From an uncultured Clostridia bacterium (GTDB lineage: Bacteria; Bacillota; Clostridia; TANB77; CAG-508): a DNA stretch of 64,000 nucleotides. The position numbers and the translations under genes were made by a program. Below, piece by piece: positions 39,266 through 49,445 of this stretch; positions within the stretch are counted from its first letter, which is position 1; each line of letters opens with the position of its first letter. The notes under the pieces are model-generated. The model was not told the DNA's origin, searched no databases, and saw only the letters and a program-made list of their open reading frames with translations. The stretch covers positions 32,001 through 96,000 of the forward strand of contig CAUWGC010000002.1 of assembly GCA_963558405.1 (NCBI GenBank), read 5' to 3'.

Positions 39266-41068
39266 TTATTTATACGAATTCCAAATCCCCCATAGTTTTA
39301 TATCTTCAATATCTTTTACATTTCTTTGACTTTCTCTTTCAAATCTTAATTTTCTGTTATGCTCTTGATTTCCCATTCCAAATAAACTATTAAATTTCCA
39401 TTTTGAAATATCAGGAAGTTTAGTAATAATAGGAAATAGTCCTGTTTGAATAACCAAAACATAAGGTCTTTCAATTCTAAGTATTTCATCTTCAGTCAAT
39501 AAACTTCTACTAATTAAATTTATTGATTCAGAATTACTGCCATTTTGATATTTACTATAACTACTTGATCTACTGTAACTGGAAGTAGTATAAGTTCCAA
39601 GTTTTTTTGAAATTATACTAGCTGTTTCATTACTAGCAGTTTTCAAATATATCCAAGTTTGACAGTTATCTCTAATATTTTCAGCCACTTCACGACCATA
39701 TTTATTTTCTAGTTGTGAAAATGATTGTAAAAATAAATTAAATCTTATTTTTCTACCACCTGCAACTGTAAGCATATTACTAAAAGCAGGAATAGTAGTA
39801 AAGTTTCCAAACTCATCTAAAATATAATTTACTCTTGTCTTTAATTCGCCTCCTCGTTCATCAGCACTTTCAACAAGTGAAACATAGTTCTGATATACAA
39901 AAAGTGAGGCTAAAGGATAGTAAGTAGTTTTTTCATCAGGAAGAATAATATAAGTAACTGTTTTTTCTTCCCCTGCTTGTTTTAAACTAAAATCACTTTT
40001 ACAAGTCATTCCATAAATGCTTTTACTTGTAAAAAGTCTTAAAGTAGTAAGAGCTGAAGTAAAAAAAGAGCCTCTTGTTTTTTCAGGTGCAATTCTTGCA
40101 ATATTAAATATTGTACTTGCAGGATGCTCAGGTGCGAGATTTTCAATGTATTTATTTATTGGCATCTGTTGTCCTGTTGTTTTGCACATTTCTGAAATAA
40201 AAGAGTAAACATTAGTTAAATTTTGATATTCAGGGTGTTCTTTATTATCAAAAACAACACTCATAATTGCTCCTGCAATTACTGACATTTCTCCATCTCT
40301 CCAAATTTTCTCCATCTTAGTATCTTCATTTCCAACTAAACTTTGTGTTATATCCCAAGCATATTCTTCAGCTTTTCTAAAATCATCTCTATTTACTGCA
40401 TCAATTACAGGTTGTAGAAAGTTATATCTTGTACTTTTAGTAGGATTCTTAAAGTCTAAGGTTATAATTTTATACCCTAGTTCTTCTAAAAATTTTGAAG
40501 TATAGTGATATATTTCAGCTTTAGGATCTGAAATAATCATACTTTCTCCTGCTAATCCAAGATTACCAACAGTTTGTAAAACAATACTTCTAGTTTTACC
40601 ACTTCTAGTAGCTCCAACAACTAAACTGTGTATATTGTCATCAATGTAGTAAATATTTTCACTATTTTTATTTTTCTCATAGCCAACAATAATACCTCCT
40701 GAATTAAAAGTATTATTACTATCACTTAAAGTATTACATTTAAAAGTCTTTCTGAATTCTTTTTTTGTAAGCCATCTAGCTGTTCCGTGCTGTCCTTGTC
40801 CCATTATTTCAGGTGTCTTTAATTTATCTGTAATACTAACTGTTCCACTTTGAAAAACCTTCTTACTTCCAAAACCAAAAAGCATAATAATTACAACTTC
40901 AACAAGTAAATAGACAAGAAAAAATAGTAGTAATAATTGCTTATCAACTACTATTTGTGAAATTTCTATTTTAGCAAGTTTTGTATGAATTGTGGCACTC
41001 AAATATATGCTTAATGGAATATTAAGCATTGATAATATTGCTATAATTCCAAGTTTCTTTTTATTCAT
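39266..41068 (-). CDS. virD4: Type IV coupling protein VirD4/TraG
   Basis: HGTARW, GATRSGKT, SDPKAE, YNFL, LDEFGN, QSFSQL..YG. Confidence 0.93.
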   Translation of the reverse strand: MNKKKLGIIAILSMLNIPLSIYLSATIHTKLAKIEISQIVVDKQLLLLFFLVYLLVEVVIIMLFGFGSKKVFQSGTVSITDKLKTPEIMGQGQHGTARWLTKKEFRKTFKCNTLSDSNNTFNSGGIIVGYEKNKNSENIYYIDDNIHSLVVGATRSGKTRSIVLQTVGNLGLAGESMIISDPKAEIYHYTSKFLEELGYKIITLDFKNPTKSTRYNFLQPVIDAVNRDDFRKAEEYAWDITQSLVGNEDTKMEKIWRDGEMSVIAGAIMSVVFDNKEHPEYQNLTNVYSFISEMCKTTGQQMPINKYIENLAPEHPASTIFNIARIAPEKTRGSFFTSALTTLRLFTSKSIYGMTCKSDFSLKQAGEEKTVTYIILPDEKTTYYPLASLFVYQNYVSLVESADERGGELKTRVNYILDEFGNFTTIPAFSNMLTVAGGRKIRFNLFLQSFSQLENKYGREVAENIRDNCQTWIYLKTASNETASIISKKLGTYTTSSYSRSSSYSKYQNGSNSESINLISRSLLTEDEILRIERPYVLVIQTGLFPIITKLPDISKWKFNSLFGMGNQEHNRKLRFERESQRNVKDIEDIKLWGIWNSYK

Positions 41069-41420
41069 TTTCTAGCTCATCTCCTTGTTCTAAGTTATTT
41101 TCTAATTCAAATTCAACAGTATATGCTTTTATCTGTTCTTCTGTTAAATCTTTAAAGTCTTGATGTTTTTCATCATTTCCTGTAATAATAAAATTCCCTC
41201 TAATATTTAAACCATCAATCGTTCTATTTATAGGAAGTAACTTTTTAAAAGCCTCCTCATCATAAACAATAAGAACATCTTTATATTTAATAACTTCTAT
41301 ATTTTGATTTCCGATTATTCTTCTTAGTGTATTAAGTCTATTAGGAATTCTTTTTAATTCAGGATTTTTAGCATTTTCAACTATGAGAACTAACATATTC
41401 TGTTTTTCAATAATTACCAC
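41061..41420 (-). CDS. DUF3846-like protein
   Basis: IPNRLNTLRRIIG..IEVI..VYDEE..NR..IRGNFIITG..DFKDLTEEQI. Confidence 0.6.
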   Translation of the reverse strand: MVIIEKQNMLVLIVENAKNPELKRIPNRLNTLRRIIGNQNIEVIKYKDVLIVYDEEAFKKLLPINRTIDGLNIRGNFIITGNDEKHQDFKDLTEEQIKAYTVEFELENNLEQGDELENE

Positions 41421-41423
41421 CTC

Positions 41424-42362
41424 CTAGAATTCCATTTCATCTAATTCTTCTGTGCTATAATGCATCTCAATAGCAAGTTGCTTTTTAGCACTTTCATTTA
41501 ATCCAGTTAAGGTAGTTGTATCTTCAGCTTGTTTATTTCTACTTAATTGTTCAATAATGTCTACAATGTTAGAATGAATACTTTTATAAGTAACCTTCTC
41601 TTGCTTAACACCTTTAATATTTTTTCTTGCCTTTTCCTTAAAGTAAAGTTCCATATTTTCTCTTAAATACTTTTCTTTATGGAGCTTTTTATCACTACAT
41701 TTATAACCAGTAGGAGTCGTATAAATAATGCTTAATTTTTCTTTACTCCAATTCACTTTATAACCTAGTTTGTTCATACCTGTAAAGAATTCATACTTAT
41801 TGTTTGATTTTTCCATAACAGAATCTATATCTTTTGTTAATAATTCTTTCCAACTAATACCTTTAATCCTTGCTTGATATTCATTTATTTTTATATCATC
41901 AACTTTAGATTTTTGCTCTGTTATAGCAAGTCCATATTCTTTGCAAATTTGATTTGATAAATCTTTAATTTTTTGCAAGTCTTGTTTGCTTTGGTGGAAC
42001 TTTAATCCATTTTCAAAATTCACAGTATTTAAAACTATATGATTATGTATGTGTTCTCTATCAATATGTGTAGCAACTACTACTTGAAAGCCTTTAAAAT
42101 ATTCAGCCATTCTAACTCCTATTTCGTGAGCCTGTTCGTATGTTGGTTTATCAGTAGGAGAAAATGATTGAACAAAGTGTATTTTTTCTCTACCAGTTAG
42201 CTTTTTATACATCTTCTTAACTGTCATCATTTCTTCGTAAGCAGTTTCAGGTATGCAATCTTTACCTGAAATTAGCTTTTTATCTGTTTTTTCTTCTTTG
42301 CATATATAATTTAGAGTCTTTTTTAAACTGACTTTGTTGTTAATAAATTTAATGATTGCCAT
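41424..42362 (-). CDS. Relaxase (MOBP-type)
   Basis: LNYI..KT, HFVQSFSP, ATHIDREHIHNHIVLN. Confidence 0.9.
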   Translation of the reverse strand: MAIIKFINNKVSLKKTLNYICKEEKTDKKLISGKDCIPETAYEEMMTVKKMYKKLTGREKIHFVQSFSPTDKPTYEQAHEIGVRMAEYFKGFQVVVATHIDREHIHNHIVLNTVNFENGLKFHQSKQDLQKIKDLSNQICKEYGLAITEQKSKVDDIKINEYQARIKGISWKELLTKDIDSVMEKSNNKYEFFTGMNKLGYKVNWSKEKLSIIYTTPTGYKCSDKKLHKEKYLRENMELYFKEKARKNIKGVKQEKVTYKSIHSNIVDIIEQLSRNKQAEDTTTLTGLNESAKKQLAIEMHYSTEELDEMEF

Positions 42363-42631
42363 AATTTTTGTAACTCCTTTTTTGTACCTTCTAAATCAAC
42401 ACAAGTAATAATTTTGCTATTAGCAAGTCTTGTTAATTGATTGATATTATTTCCAATTCTTCTAAGTTCTGTTATCATTTCAGGTAATTCATTTATAACT
42501 ATAATCTTATTGCCAGTAGAACTTTTAATTATAAATTCTGAAATACTTTGATTAGCTTGTTTGCTCTTTAAAGTTATAGTCATTTTTTCTTCAGGAGTTA
42601 CCCTAATTTCAATTCTCTCTGTTTTCTTCAA
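42323..42631 (-). CDS. mobC: Relaxosome accessory protein MobC
   Basis: IEIRVTPEEK..SISEFI..ELRRIGNNINQLTRLAN. Confidence 0.9.
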   Translation of the reverse strand: MKKTERIEIRVTPEEKMTITLKSKQANQSISEFIIKSSTGNKIIVINELPEMITELRRIGNNINQLTRLANSKIITCVDLEGTKKELQKLWQSLNLLTTKSV

Positions 42632-42644
42632 TATATCTCCTTCC

Positions 42645-42725
42645 TTGTGCTAATAAAACTTATGTGGTGTAACCACTTGATCAAAAAAAGGTACTTTTTG
42701 CTCCCTTTGTACTGACAAAGGGGAA
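42645..42725. other. Candidate oriT
   Basis: Intergenic, upstream of mobC; hairpins GTGGT-GTA-ACCAC and CCCTTTGT-ACTG-ACAAAGGG, plus an imperfect CAAAAA..TTTTTG repeat. Confidence 0.5.
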
Positions 42726-42730
42726 TCTTG

Positions 42731-43624
42731 CTATACATCGCTGTCGCTCCTAAAATAGTCATCTAATAATTTCTTAATTAAAATACTGAATTCTTTATCT
42801 GAATTAAATCGGTCTTTATATTCATTAAATACTTGCCTATTTAATTTTCCAGTAAATTTTTCTTCTTTAACTTTTTCATTTTTTAGTATTTTTAAAACTA
42901 TTTCATAAGTAATATTGTTTCGTTTTAATCTAAGTTTTTGTGCTTGAACAAGTGTTAATTTTATTTGTTCATCATCTAATGCTTGATTTATAATTTCTTG
43001 TTCTTCTTTAGATAAGTAAGAAATTTCAACTCCTGCCATAAAATTTATTTGTTCTAAATTCACTTTATTTTGTAAGGGCTTAATTAGTTCTGTAAGTCTT
43101 ATATATCTATAAATTTGAGCTAAACTTGTATTATTCTCATCGTGAGAATTTTCCATTAACTCATTGATATTACTTATGTTAGGGTTGTTTTTTAATATTT
43201 CTAATTTCATTTTGTAAGCATATCCTTTTTCAACAGGAAGTATTTTATCTCTATTACAAAGATTAGTATCTATCATAATTAAGGTAGCTTTATCATCATC
43301 ACAATCCACAATTTGAGCTGGAATTGTTGATAAGTGTAGTTCTTTTGAACATTCTACTCGGTTATGTCCTGAAATAATTTCATATTTTTCATTAGCTATT
43401 TTTCTAACAATAATAGGTACTAAAACTCCGTTTTCTTTAATACTTTCTAATACTTCTTGTTTTTTAGTTTCATCATACATTGAAAAAGGTTGCCTTTTTC
43501 TAAAAGCAACCAATTTGCTCAATTCAATATTTATAATATTATTACTATTTTCAACTTTCTTTGTTTCGTTCTTTTCAGGTGTTTTATCTACCACAAACTT
43601 TTTTCTTGCATCTTCTATACTCAA
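42731..43624 (-). CDS. ParB N-terminal domain protein
   Basis: ESIKENGVLVPIIVR..YEIISGHNR..DTNL..R. Confidence 0.85.
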   Translation of the reverse strand: MSIEDARKKFVVDKTPEKNETKKVENSNNIINIELSKLVAFRKRQPFSMYDETKKQEVLESIKENGVLVPIIVRKIANEKYEIISGHNRVECSKELHLSTIPAQIVDCDDDKATLIMIDTNLCNRDKILPVEKGYAYKMKLEILKNNPNISNINELMENSHDENNTSLAQIYRYIRLTELIKPLQNKVNLEQINFMAGVEISYLSKEEQEIINQALDDEQIKLTLVQAQKLRLKRNNITYEIVLKILKNEKVKEEKFTGKLNRQVFNEYKDRFNSDKEFSILIKKLLDDYFRSDSDV

Positions 43625-43635
43625 AATAATTCCTC

Positions 43636-43917
43636 CTATTCAAGTTCTATATCAGATTCCATAGAATTAGGTTTTACATATAAGTCTTGGACTTCTTCAT
43701 AATGTAAATTTTCAAATTCTTTATCTGTTAAAAAGTCTTTACCCTCTAATATATCTTTATTTGTTACAAGTGATCCAATGTTATTAACTAACACTCCTCT
43801 TTCGATTTGGTATCCATTGTCAATTTTTGAATCTCTTATATCATAATAGAATAAATTAGGATTTCTTTCTTCAATAGGTGGCTTTTCGTGTAGCCATTGT
43901 ATTTTTAAACCTTCCAT
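43636..43917 (-). CDS. Hypothetical protein (LPD28-like)
   Basis: LFYYDIRDS..IERGVLVNNIGSLVT; acidic tail. Confidence 0.55.
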   Translation of the reverse strand: MEGLKIQWLHEKPPIEERNPNLFYYDIRDSKIDNGYQIERGVLVNNIGSLVTNKDILEGKDFLTDKEFENLHYEEVQDLYVKPNSMESDIELE

Positions 43918-43918
43918 T

Positions 43919-44338
43919 TTACATCTCCATTTCTTCCTCGTATTCCAAATCTTTATTAAATTGTCCTATCTTATTTACTGCCTCAAAAATATCTGTATTT
44001 GAGTCTATTTGTAAATAAGGAATAGTGTTTTTTAAATTATTATAAACCGTAAAAGATCCATTTATAGGATCTAAAATAATTGCATAAAAAGAAACATTTT
44101 TTGATTTTAAATCTCTGCTTGTTTCATTCCATACAATTTCATCATCATCTGAAATATTTTCTTTAGAAAAATATATCATTTCTTCTAATTTCTTCAGTAT
44201 AGTAGGATTTCTAAATATATTATCTTCAGGAAGTTCAGAATAATTATTTACAATATAATTGTATAAATAACTTTCATCAGAAAAGGCTTGTAGCATATTT
44301 AAGTTTTTACCTTTTATAAATAATTGTATATTTTTCAA
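43919..44338 (-). CDS. Hypothetical protein with EEEMEM tail
   Basis: ORF with AGGAGG RBS and TTG start. Confidence 0.6.
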   Translation of the reverse strand: MKNIQLFIKGKNLNMLQAFSDESYLYNYIVNNYSELPEDNIFRNPTILKKLEEMIYFSKENISDDDEIVWNETSRDLKSKNVSFYAIILDPINGSFTVYNNLKNTIPYLQIDSNTDIFEAVNKIGQFNKDLEYEEEMEM

Positions 44339-44377
44339 GTTTTACCTCCTAAAAAAGAGTTAGTATAAACTAACCCC

Positions 44378-44671
44378 TTAACTAATACATTCAATTAACA
44401 AATTGATTCCATCTTTAAACCCTTGTTTATAATATTTGTCTAAAGTTGCACTTTCTCTTTTTAACATATCTTCTAAAGTTAAATCTAAATATTTGTCAAT
44501 TTTATTTCTCAATCTTTGATTATAGATTTTATCAATAAGTTCTCTTAATTTTTCTTCGTTACCATCTTTTTGTATTTCGTAGCTAACCTCTTTTTCTAAT
44601 TCACTTCTGTTAGCTAGAACTCCTTGCTCTCTATCCCAATAGATTGATTCTAAAAGTGTTTCTTTTGGCAT
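44378..44671 (-). CDS. Hypothetical protein (YYKQGFKDG motif)
   Basis: ORF with RBS and element-specific promoter. Confidence 0.6.
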   Translation of the reverse strand: MPKETLLESIYWDREQGVLANRSELEKEVSYEIQKDGNEEKLRELIDKIYNQRLRNKIDKYLDLTLEDMLKRESATLDKYYKQGFKDGINLLIECIS

Positions 44672-44744
44672 ATAATTTTACCTCCTTGTCAATGAATTAT
44701 ATAATGATATAAAATTAAATCCAAAACCCTTTTAGAAAAATTTT

Positions 44745-45236
44745 TTAAAATTCCATTTCATCTGTTTCTTCCATTGCTGAATCATCAATCTCTTGCTTTT
44801 CCTCTTGATTTTCTTCTTTTCTATATTTTTCGACATCATTTGCAAGTTGTGTACATAGTTCTTCTTCTAACCTATCTATTTTCTTTCCTAGCATTTCTTT
44901 TGGCATACCAACTTTTTCCTCATTATAATCTGTACTTAAAAATAATGTTTTAAAATTATATATCTTTGTTCGTAATGGATAATTTCCCAATGTATAATAA
45001 TCTTGCATAATCTTTTTATATGGTATTATACTTTTATGATTTCCTCTTAATTCATTCCCTTCTTGAAGTATTTTTATGATTTCTTTATCTAATCCTTTTT
45101 GACCTTCTCTATTATAAATATCTGTTAGCCAAGTATATTTACTAGAATAAAAAGGAGCAGTATCATTACTACTTTTGTGGCTTAGATACACTCCATCTTT
45201 TTTTATTGTAATTCTATTTATTAGCTCTCTACTCAT
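44745..45236 (-). CDS. Hypothetical protein with EETDEMEF tail
   Basis: ORF coupled to the radC-like gene by TAATG overlap. Confidence 0.65.
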   Translation of the reverse strand: MSRELINRITIKKDGVYLSHKSSNDTAPFYSSKYTWLTDIYNREGQKGLDKEIIKILQEGNELRGNHKSIIPYKKIMQDYYTLGNYPLRTKIYNFKTLFLSTDYNEEKVGMPKEMLGKKIDRLEEELCTQLANDVEKYRKEENQEEKQEIDDSAMEETDEMEF

Positions 45237-45817
45237 TAAAATTCCATCTCCTCTCCATTTTCTATTTGTGCCTCTAATTCTTGAATTTTATTATTTAAAG
45301 TTTCAACTTCTCCTTTTAATTTTAAATTTTCTTCTATTAGTAATCCTTTATCTATTGCATTAGTTCTTGGATCTTCAAAGTCATTATTTATAGCCTTTAT
45401 TTTACCCATACTCAAATATTGACTTTCTCCAACTATAATATGATCTGTTAGTTGAATATTAAATGCTTTTAACATTTTACCTGTAATATTTGTTATATGT
45501 TTATCAGGTTTACTTGGCTCTAAATCATTTGAAGGATGATTATGTACTAATATCACTTTTTCACTTGCTGTTATTAAAGCTGTTCTAACAATATATTTAC
45601 TATCTACATATATTTCATTACATTTACCAACTCCAATTAAACTTATATTTCTAACATTATTTCTTGAATCTAATCCTATAAATAATAAATGCTCTTGAAC
45701 AGCATCTTTTATTTCTTGTACTTCTTTTAATTTATATACATCATCTGAACTTGCTACTTTCATAATATCTCTTTCTTCTACTGGAGGCTTTTTTTGTATT
45801 TCTATTTCTAACCCCAT
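45236..45817 (-). CDS. RadC/JAB domain protein
   Basis: QEHLLFIGLDSRNN, ILVHNHPS..PSKPD, LTDHIIVG; likely start MGLE at 45817. Confidence 0.85.
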   Translation of the reverse strand: MGLEIEIQKKPPVEERDIMKVASSDDVYKLKEVQEIKDAVQEHLLFIGLDSRNNVRNISLIGVGKCNEIYVDSKYIVRTALITASEKVILVHNHPSNDLEPSKPDKHITNITGKMLKAFNIQLTDHIIVGESQYLSMGKIKAINNDFEDPRTNAIDKGLLIEENLKLKGEVETLNNKIQELEAQIENGEEMEF

Positions 45818-45821
45818 ACTT

Positions 45822-46820
45822 TTAAAACTCCATTTCATCTGTTTCTTCAATTTCTTCTAAGATAATTGTTCTATCTTCTAAATCTTTCTTAATATCTTCA
45901 ATTTGACTTTCTTCAACAGATTTAAAATCTCCATTTTCGTAATCATCTCCAATAATAAAACAGTTTCCTGCAATATAATCATAGTCAAATTGTAGATTAG
46001 GTTTTAAATTTGTAATTTTACCTTCTTCATTACATATAAGAAGTAAATCATCTTTATAAGGCACAACTTCAATTAGTCCTCCAACTAATTTTTGTTTTGC
46101 CTCTAAGGTATCTTCAATTTCCATAACAATAGGATCTTTTCCCACTTCTTTATAGACAATTCTCAACTTTTTTTCTTCAGATTCTTCTTCATCGTATCCT
46201 AGTTCTTCTTTTATTTCTTCTAAAGAATAATAATGTAAATCAATATCTCCACAAGCTCCATTTTCAAGATAACCATTTTCATATAAACTAACATCATCAT
46301 CCATACCATATTTTTCGTAGTCAAAACAATCAGTAACATAGTATTTTTCTAATATTTCATCTAAGCCATTCCATATAGCTTTAGACATTCCATATTTTTC
46401 TTCGTTAGAAAGATTTTCTGAATTTTCTTCATAAGGATAAAAAGGTATATTATCTTCTTGTAGCATAACATTTATTATTTCTTCTATATCATCTGTACCT
46501 TGATATTCAATATAAGCTTCAACAGCCTCCATATTATTTACTTTTTCAGATGCCATTGCTAATAAATTAAGCATATTCAAATTACTATATTCACTAACTT
46601 TTATTGGTAAATCAGTTTCATAATCATTTATCATATATTCTTCATAACATACACCATCTTCAGTGAGTGCTTTTTCAACTTCTTCTTGTGTTAATTGAAG
46701 TCCCACTTTTTCTCTTAAAAAAGTATCTAATTCTTTTTTAGAAACAGGAAGTTCTAACCATTCGCCAACAAGTTCTCCTTCGTTATATTTTCCTAAGTTT
46801 CCAATCCAAACATTAAGCAT
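45822..46820 (-). CDS. ardA: Antirestriction protein ArdA fused to a DUF3846-like domain
   Basis: VWIGNLGKYNEGELVGEWLELP, YEEYMINDYE, FDYEKYG; C-terminal QKLVGGLIEVV..ICNEEGK. Confidence 0.85.
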   Translation of the reverse strand: MLNVWIGNLGKYNEGELVGEWLELPVSKKELDTFLREKVGLQLTQEEVEKALTEDGVCYEEYMINDYETDLPIKVSEYSNLNMLNLLAMASEKVNNMEAVEAYIEYQGTDDIEEIINVMLQEDNIPFYPYEENSENLSNEEKYGMSKAIWNGLDEILEKYYVTDCFDYEKYGMDDDVSLYENGYLENGACGDIDLHYYSLEEIKEELGYDEEESEEKKLRIVYKEVGKDPIVMEIEDTLEAKQKLVGGLIEVVPYKDDLLLICNEEGKITNLKPNLQFDYDYIAGNCFIIGDDYENGDFKSVEESQIEDIKKDLEDRTIILEEIEETDEMEF

Positions 46821-46864
46821 ATATACTCCTTCCTAAAAAAGAGCTAGTAATACTAACTCAATTT

Positions 46865-47140
46865 TTATATTTTTTGTAAAATATCTTTCATTAGAACTTC
46901 ATCAACTAAACCATCTATCATTTGCTGATATTTAGCAAGTATAGTTATTTCGTGTGTATTAGGAGCTTCATATTTTTCTTTAATTTGTTTTTCTACTTGC
47001 TCTTTCAACTCTAAAATGTACTTTTCTCGCTCAAATATCTTAATTTCAAGTTTTCCTGTAAGCTCTAACTCTTGTTTTCTATATGGATAATTTTTTTCCA
47101 TATTTGCTAAGATCATTTCTCCATACTTTCCAAAAATCAT
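46865..47140 (-). CDS. TnpV-like protein
   Basis: FGKYG..LELTGKL..EKYEAP..DEVLMKDI; likely start MIFGK at 47140. Confidence 0.55.
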   Translation of the reverse strand: MIFGKYGEMILANMEKNYPYRKQELELTGKLEIKIFEREKYILELKEQVEKQIKEKYEAPNTHEITILAKYQQMIDGLVDEVLMKDILQKI

Positions 47141-47349
47141 TTCAATTCCCTTCCTTCCATAATAAATTTTACAATACACCATAGGCTTATACAAAACCTA
47201 GAAACAAAAAAGAGATGTTAAGAACTTTCGCTCTTTTGCATCTCTCATACTTGTTTCATTATACTTATTATACTACTTATTTTTGATATTTCAACCTAGT
47301 CTTTTTTGTGTACTCTTTTTTGTGTGTACTTTTTTGTCTAGTATTTTTG

Positions 47350-47844
47350 TTAAACTTTTTTATCCTTTGATTTTAACTTTTCTATCTCCATATTATCTTC
47401 TAGTTCATTTAACCTTTCAAATTCATTTATCAATGTATTTATTGGAATATTCAAATCTAGTATAGGTTTTAGCATTTTTTCTAATTCATTTATCTTCTTA
47501 TCTTTTTCTTTTACTTGATATTCAAGTTGTTTTGTGTATTCATCTATTTTGTCATCATTTATTAAATATGTTTTTTCTTTTTCAAATTTTATTCCATTTA
47601 CTTCGCAACTTTTATCCCAATTAGGATTTTGATATTGTTTACTTTCTTCATTAAAATTTATTCTATGTTGTAATAATAATGTTCTTAATAAAAACTCTGT
47701 ATCACGATTCACTTCATCAAATGCAGTTTCTGTAGCAATAAATACTAGGTCTTTATACATATTTCTCAAAACATCTATACTTAAATCTTCTATCGGTTGT
47801 TCCATATAATTATTATAATTTTTCTTAAAATCATCCCAAAGCAT
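47350..47844 (-). CDS. Hypothetical protein
   Basis: Operonic ORF with RBS. Confidence 0.6.
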   Translation of the reverse strand: MLWDDFKKNYNNYMEQPIEDLSIDVLRNMYKDLVFIATETAFDEVNRDTEFLLRTLLLQHRINFNEESKQYQNPNWDKSCEVNGIKFEKEKTYLINDDKIDEYTKQLEYQVKEKDKKINELEKMLKPILDLNIPINTLINEFERLNELEDNMEIEKLKSKDKKV

Positions 47845-47845
47845 A

Positions 47846-48400
47846 TTACTTTTCTCCTTCCTTTAATTTTTCTTCATAATATACAAAAATATCATCAATT
47901 TTCCTATCTCCAAAACATCTTTTATAATCTTCTTGTTCGTTTTCTTTCCACCATTCAAATTTCTCTTTTATTTTATTTCTTACCTTTGTAGTATCTATGT
48001 TAGAATTCTTTTCTATAGCTAACAAAACATTTATACTATCCCAACCACTAATTGAGACATCAAAGTATCTTATTGCTTCATAACCAAATTCATCTTTAGT
48101 TTCTTCTATTTTTCTATCATAAGAAATATATAAGTAGTCATCCTTAAATAAATGATTTTCCTTTACATATTCATAATATAAATCTTTTACTCCTGAAGTT
48201 TTAACAAAACCTGTCAAATACCATATCGTTTTACTTCTAAATTTAATGTAATCCTTTGGTAGATCTTTCTCTTTAATTTTGGTAGGATGCCATCCTAATG
48301 AATATAAATACTCGTTTTTTTCATCAATTGGTCTCCAAGTTTTTCTATCAAATTTTCCTTTTGAATACCAATATGAATTTATCTTTTTCATCTTTATCAC
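47846..48400 (-). CDS. Hypothetical protein
   Basis: Operonic ORF. Confidence 0.6.
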   Translation of the reverse strand: MIKMKKINSYWYSKGKFDRKTWRPIDEKNEYLYSLGWHPTKIKEKDLPKDYIKFRSKTIWYLTGFVKTSGVKDLYYEYVKENHLFKDDYLYISYDRKIEETKDEFGYEAIRYFDVSISGWDSINVLLAIEKNSNIDTTKVRNKIKEKFEWWKENEQEDYKRCFGDRKIDDIFVYYEEKLKEGEK

Positions 48401-49239
48401 CCCTTAAACATATATAAGTCATTATAGTTTGTGTCGGTATCTATTATTGCATAAAACATATCTTTATTACCTCTTTCTGTTTGCCCTGTTTGTATGCAAA
48501 TTGTCCCATTCAATTCATTTTTCCAAATTCCTGTAACTCTATAAGATTCGTGAATATGACCGTGTAAAGACATATAAGCATTACTTTTTTCTAAGAAATT
48601 AGTTATTGCTTTTGAGCCTACTTGTCGTTTATCCATACATACATCTAGTCCTATTCCAAATGGTGGATTATGAAATACATAAATAACCTTTTTTCCTTCT
48701 GTTGCTTTAGGTAAATGTTCTAAGACATTTTCCATTTTTTCTATATTATTTCTATATTCTTTCCATTCATCAACAGATAACATATTTCTACATTTTTCGA
48801 CATATATTATTCTTGATAATTGAAACTGCATTTCTAAATTTTTCTCAATTACGACTCTATCTTTACAGCCAAAAGGATGGTCTAATACTTTAGATAATCC
48901 TATAAATGAATTATTTTCAATATCTACCTTTTTATTATCTATATTAAATACATTATCAAATTTGCTACACTCATTTTCAAATATTTCATCTAATTGTTCT
49001 AAATCATCATTTCCTAATATACAAATACATTTAATATTATTTTTTTTCAATTCGGTAAAATAATTATCGAAAAATTGCTCTATAAATATTTTTTGTTCAT
49101 TATATCTATCGCTACAATTTTTAGGTAATAGATCTCCTCCAAATACTAAATATTCTACTTTTTGTTTTATTGTCTCTTCTAATAATTTTTTGTATTTATA
49201 TTCATCTCCGTGAATATCACTGGCATATATAAATTTCAT
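48397..49239 (-). CDS. Calcineurin-like metallophosphoesterase
   Basis: SDIHG, GGDL, GNDD, HNPP, HGHIHE. Confidence 0.88.
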   Translation of the reverse strand: MKFIYASDIHGDEYKYKKLLEETIKQKVEYLVFGGDLLPKNCSDRYNEQKIFIEQFFDNYFTELKKNNIKCICILGNDDLEQLDEIFENECSKFDNVFNIDNKKVDIENNSFIGLSKVLDHPFGCKDRVVIEKNLEMQFQLSRIIYVEKCRNMLSVDEWKEYRNNIEKMENVLEHLPKATEGKKVIYVFHNPPFGIGLDVCMDKRQVGSKAITNFLEKSNAYMSLHGHIHESYRVTGIWKNELNGTICIQTGQTERGNKDMFYAIIDTDTNYNDLYMFKG

Positions 49240-49430
49240 TATTCTCCTCCCTTCGATCTTTTGTTTTTATACCATTCTCTTATTGCACTACCTAAAGCCA
49301 CTTTCTCCTTACCATAATTTTCACTTGGAAAATCTGATAAGTTATAAATAATTAGTGCTGTCGGTACACTACACTTTCTTAATTTTGCAAACTCAGTCGG
49401 TGTATAAAAAATATTATCATTTAGTTCCAT
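49239..49430 (-). CDS. Small excisionase-like wHTH protein
   Basis: FYTPTEFAKLRKCS..DFPS..GKEK..IREW. Confidence 0.55.
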   Translation of the reverse strand: MELNDNIFYTPTEFAKLRKCSVPTALIIYNLSDFPSENYGKEKVALGSAIREWYKNKRSKGGE

Positions 49431-49445
49431 TTTTAACTCCTGTTT

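Noticed and set aside
34356-48803. TTCGACA matches inside coding regions (about 34356, 44829, 48796)
   Set aside because: Single intragenic matches explained by Val-Glu or Ser-Lys codons; no promoter context.
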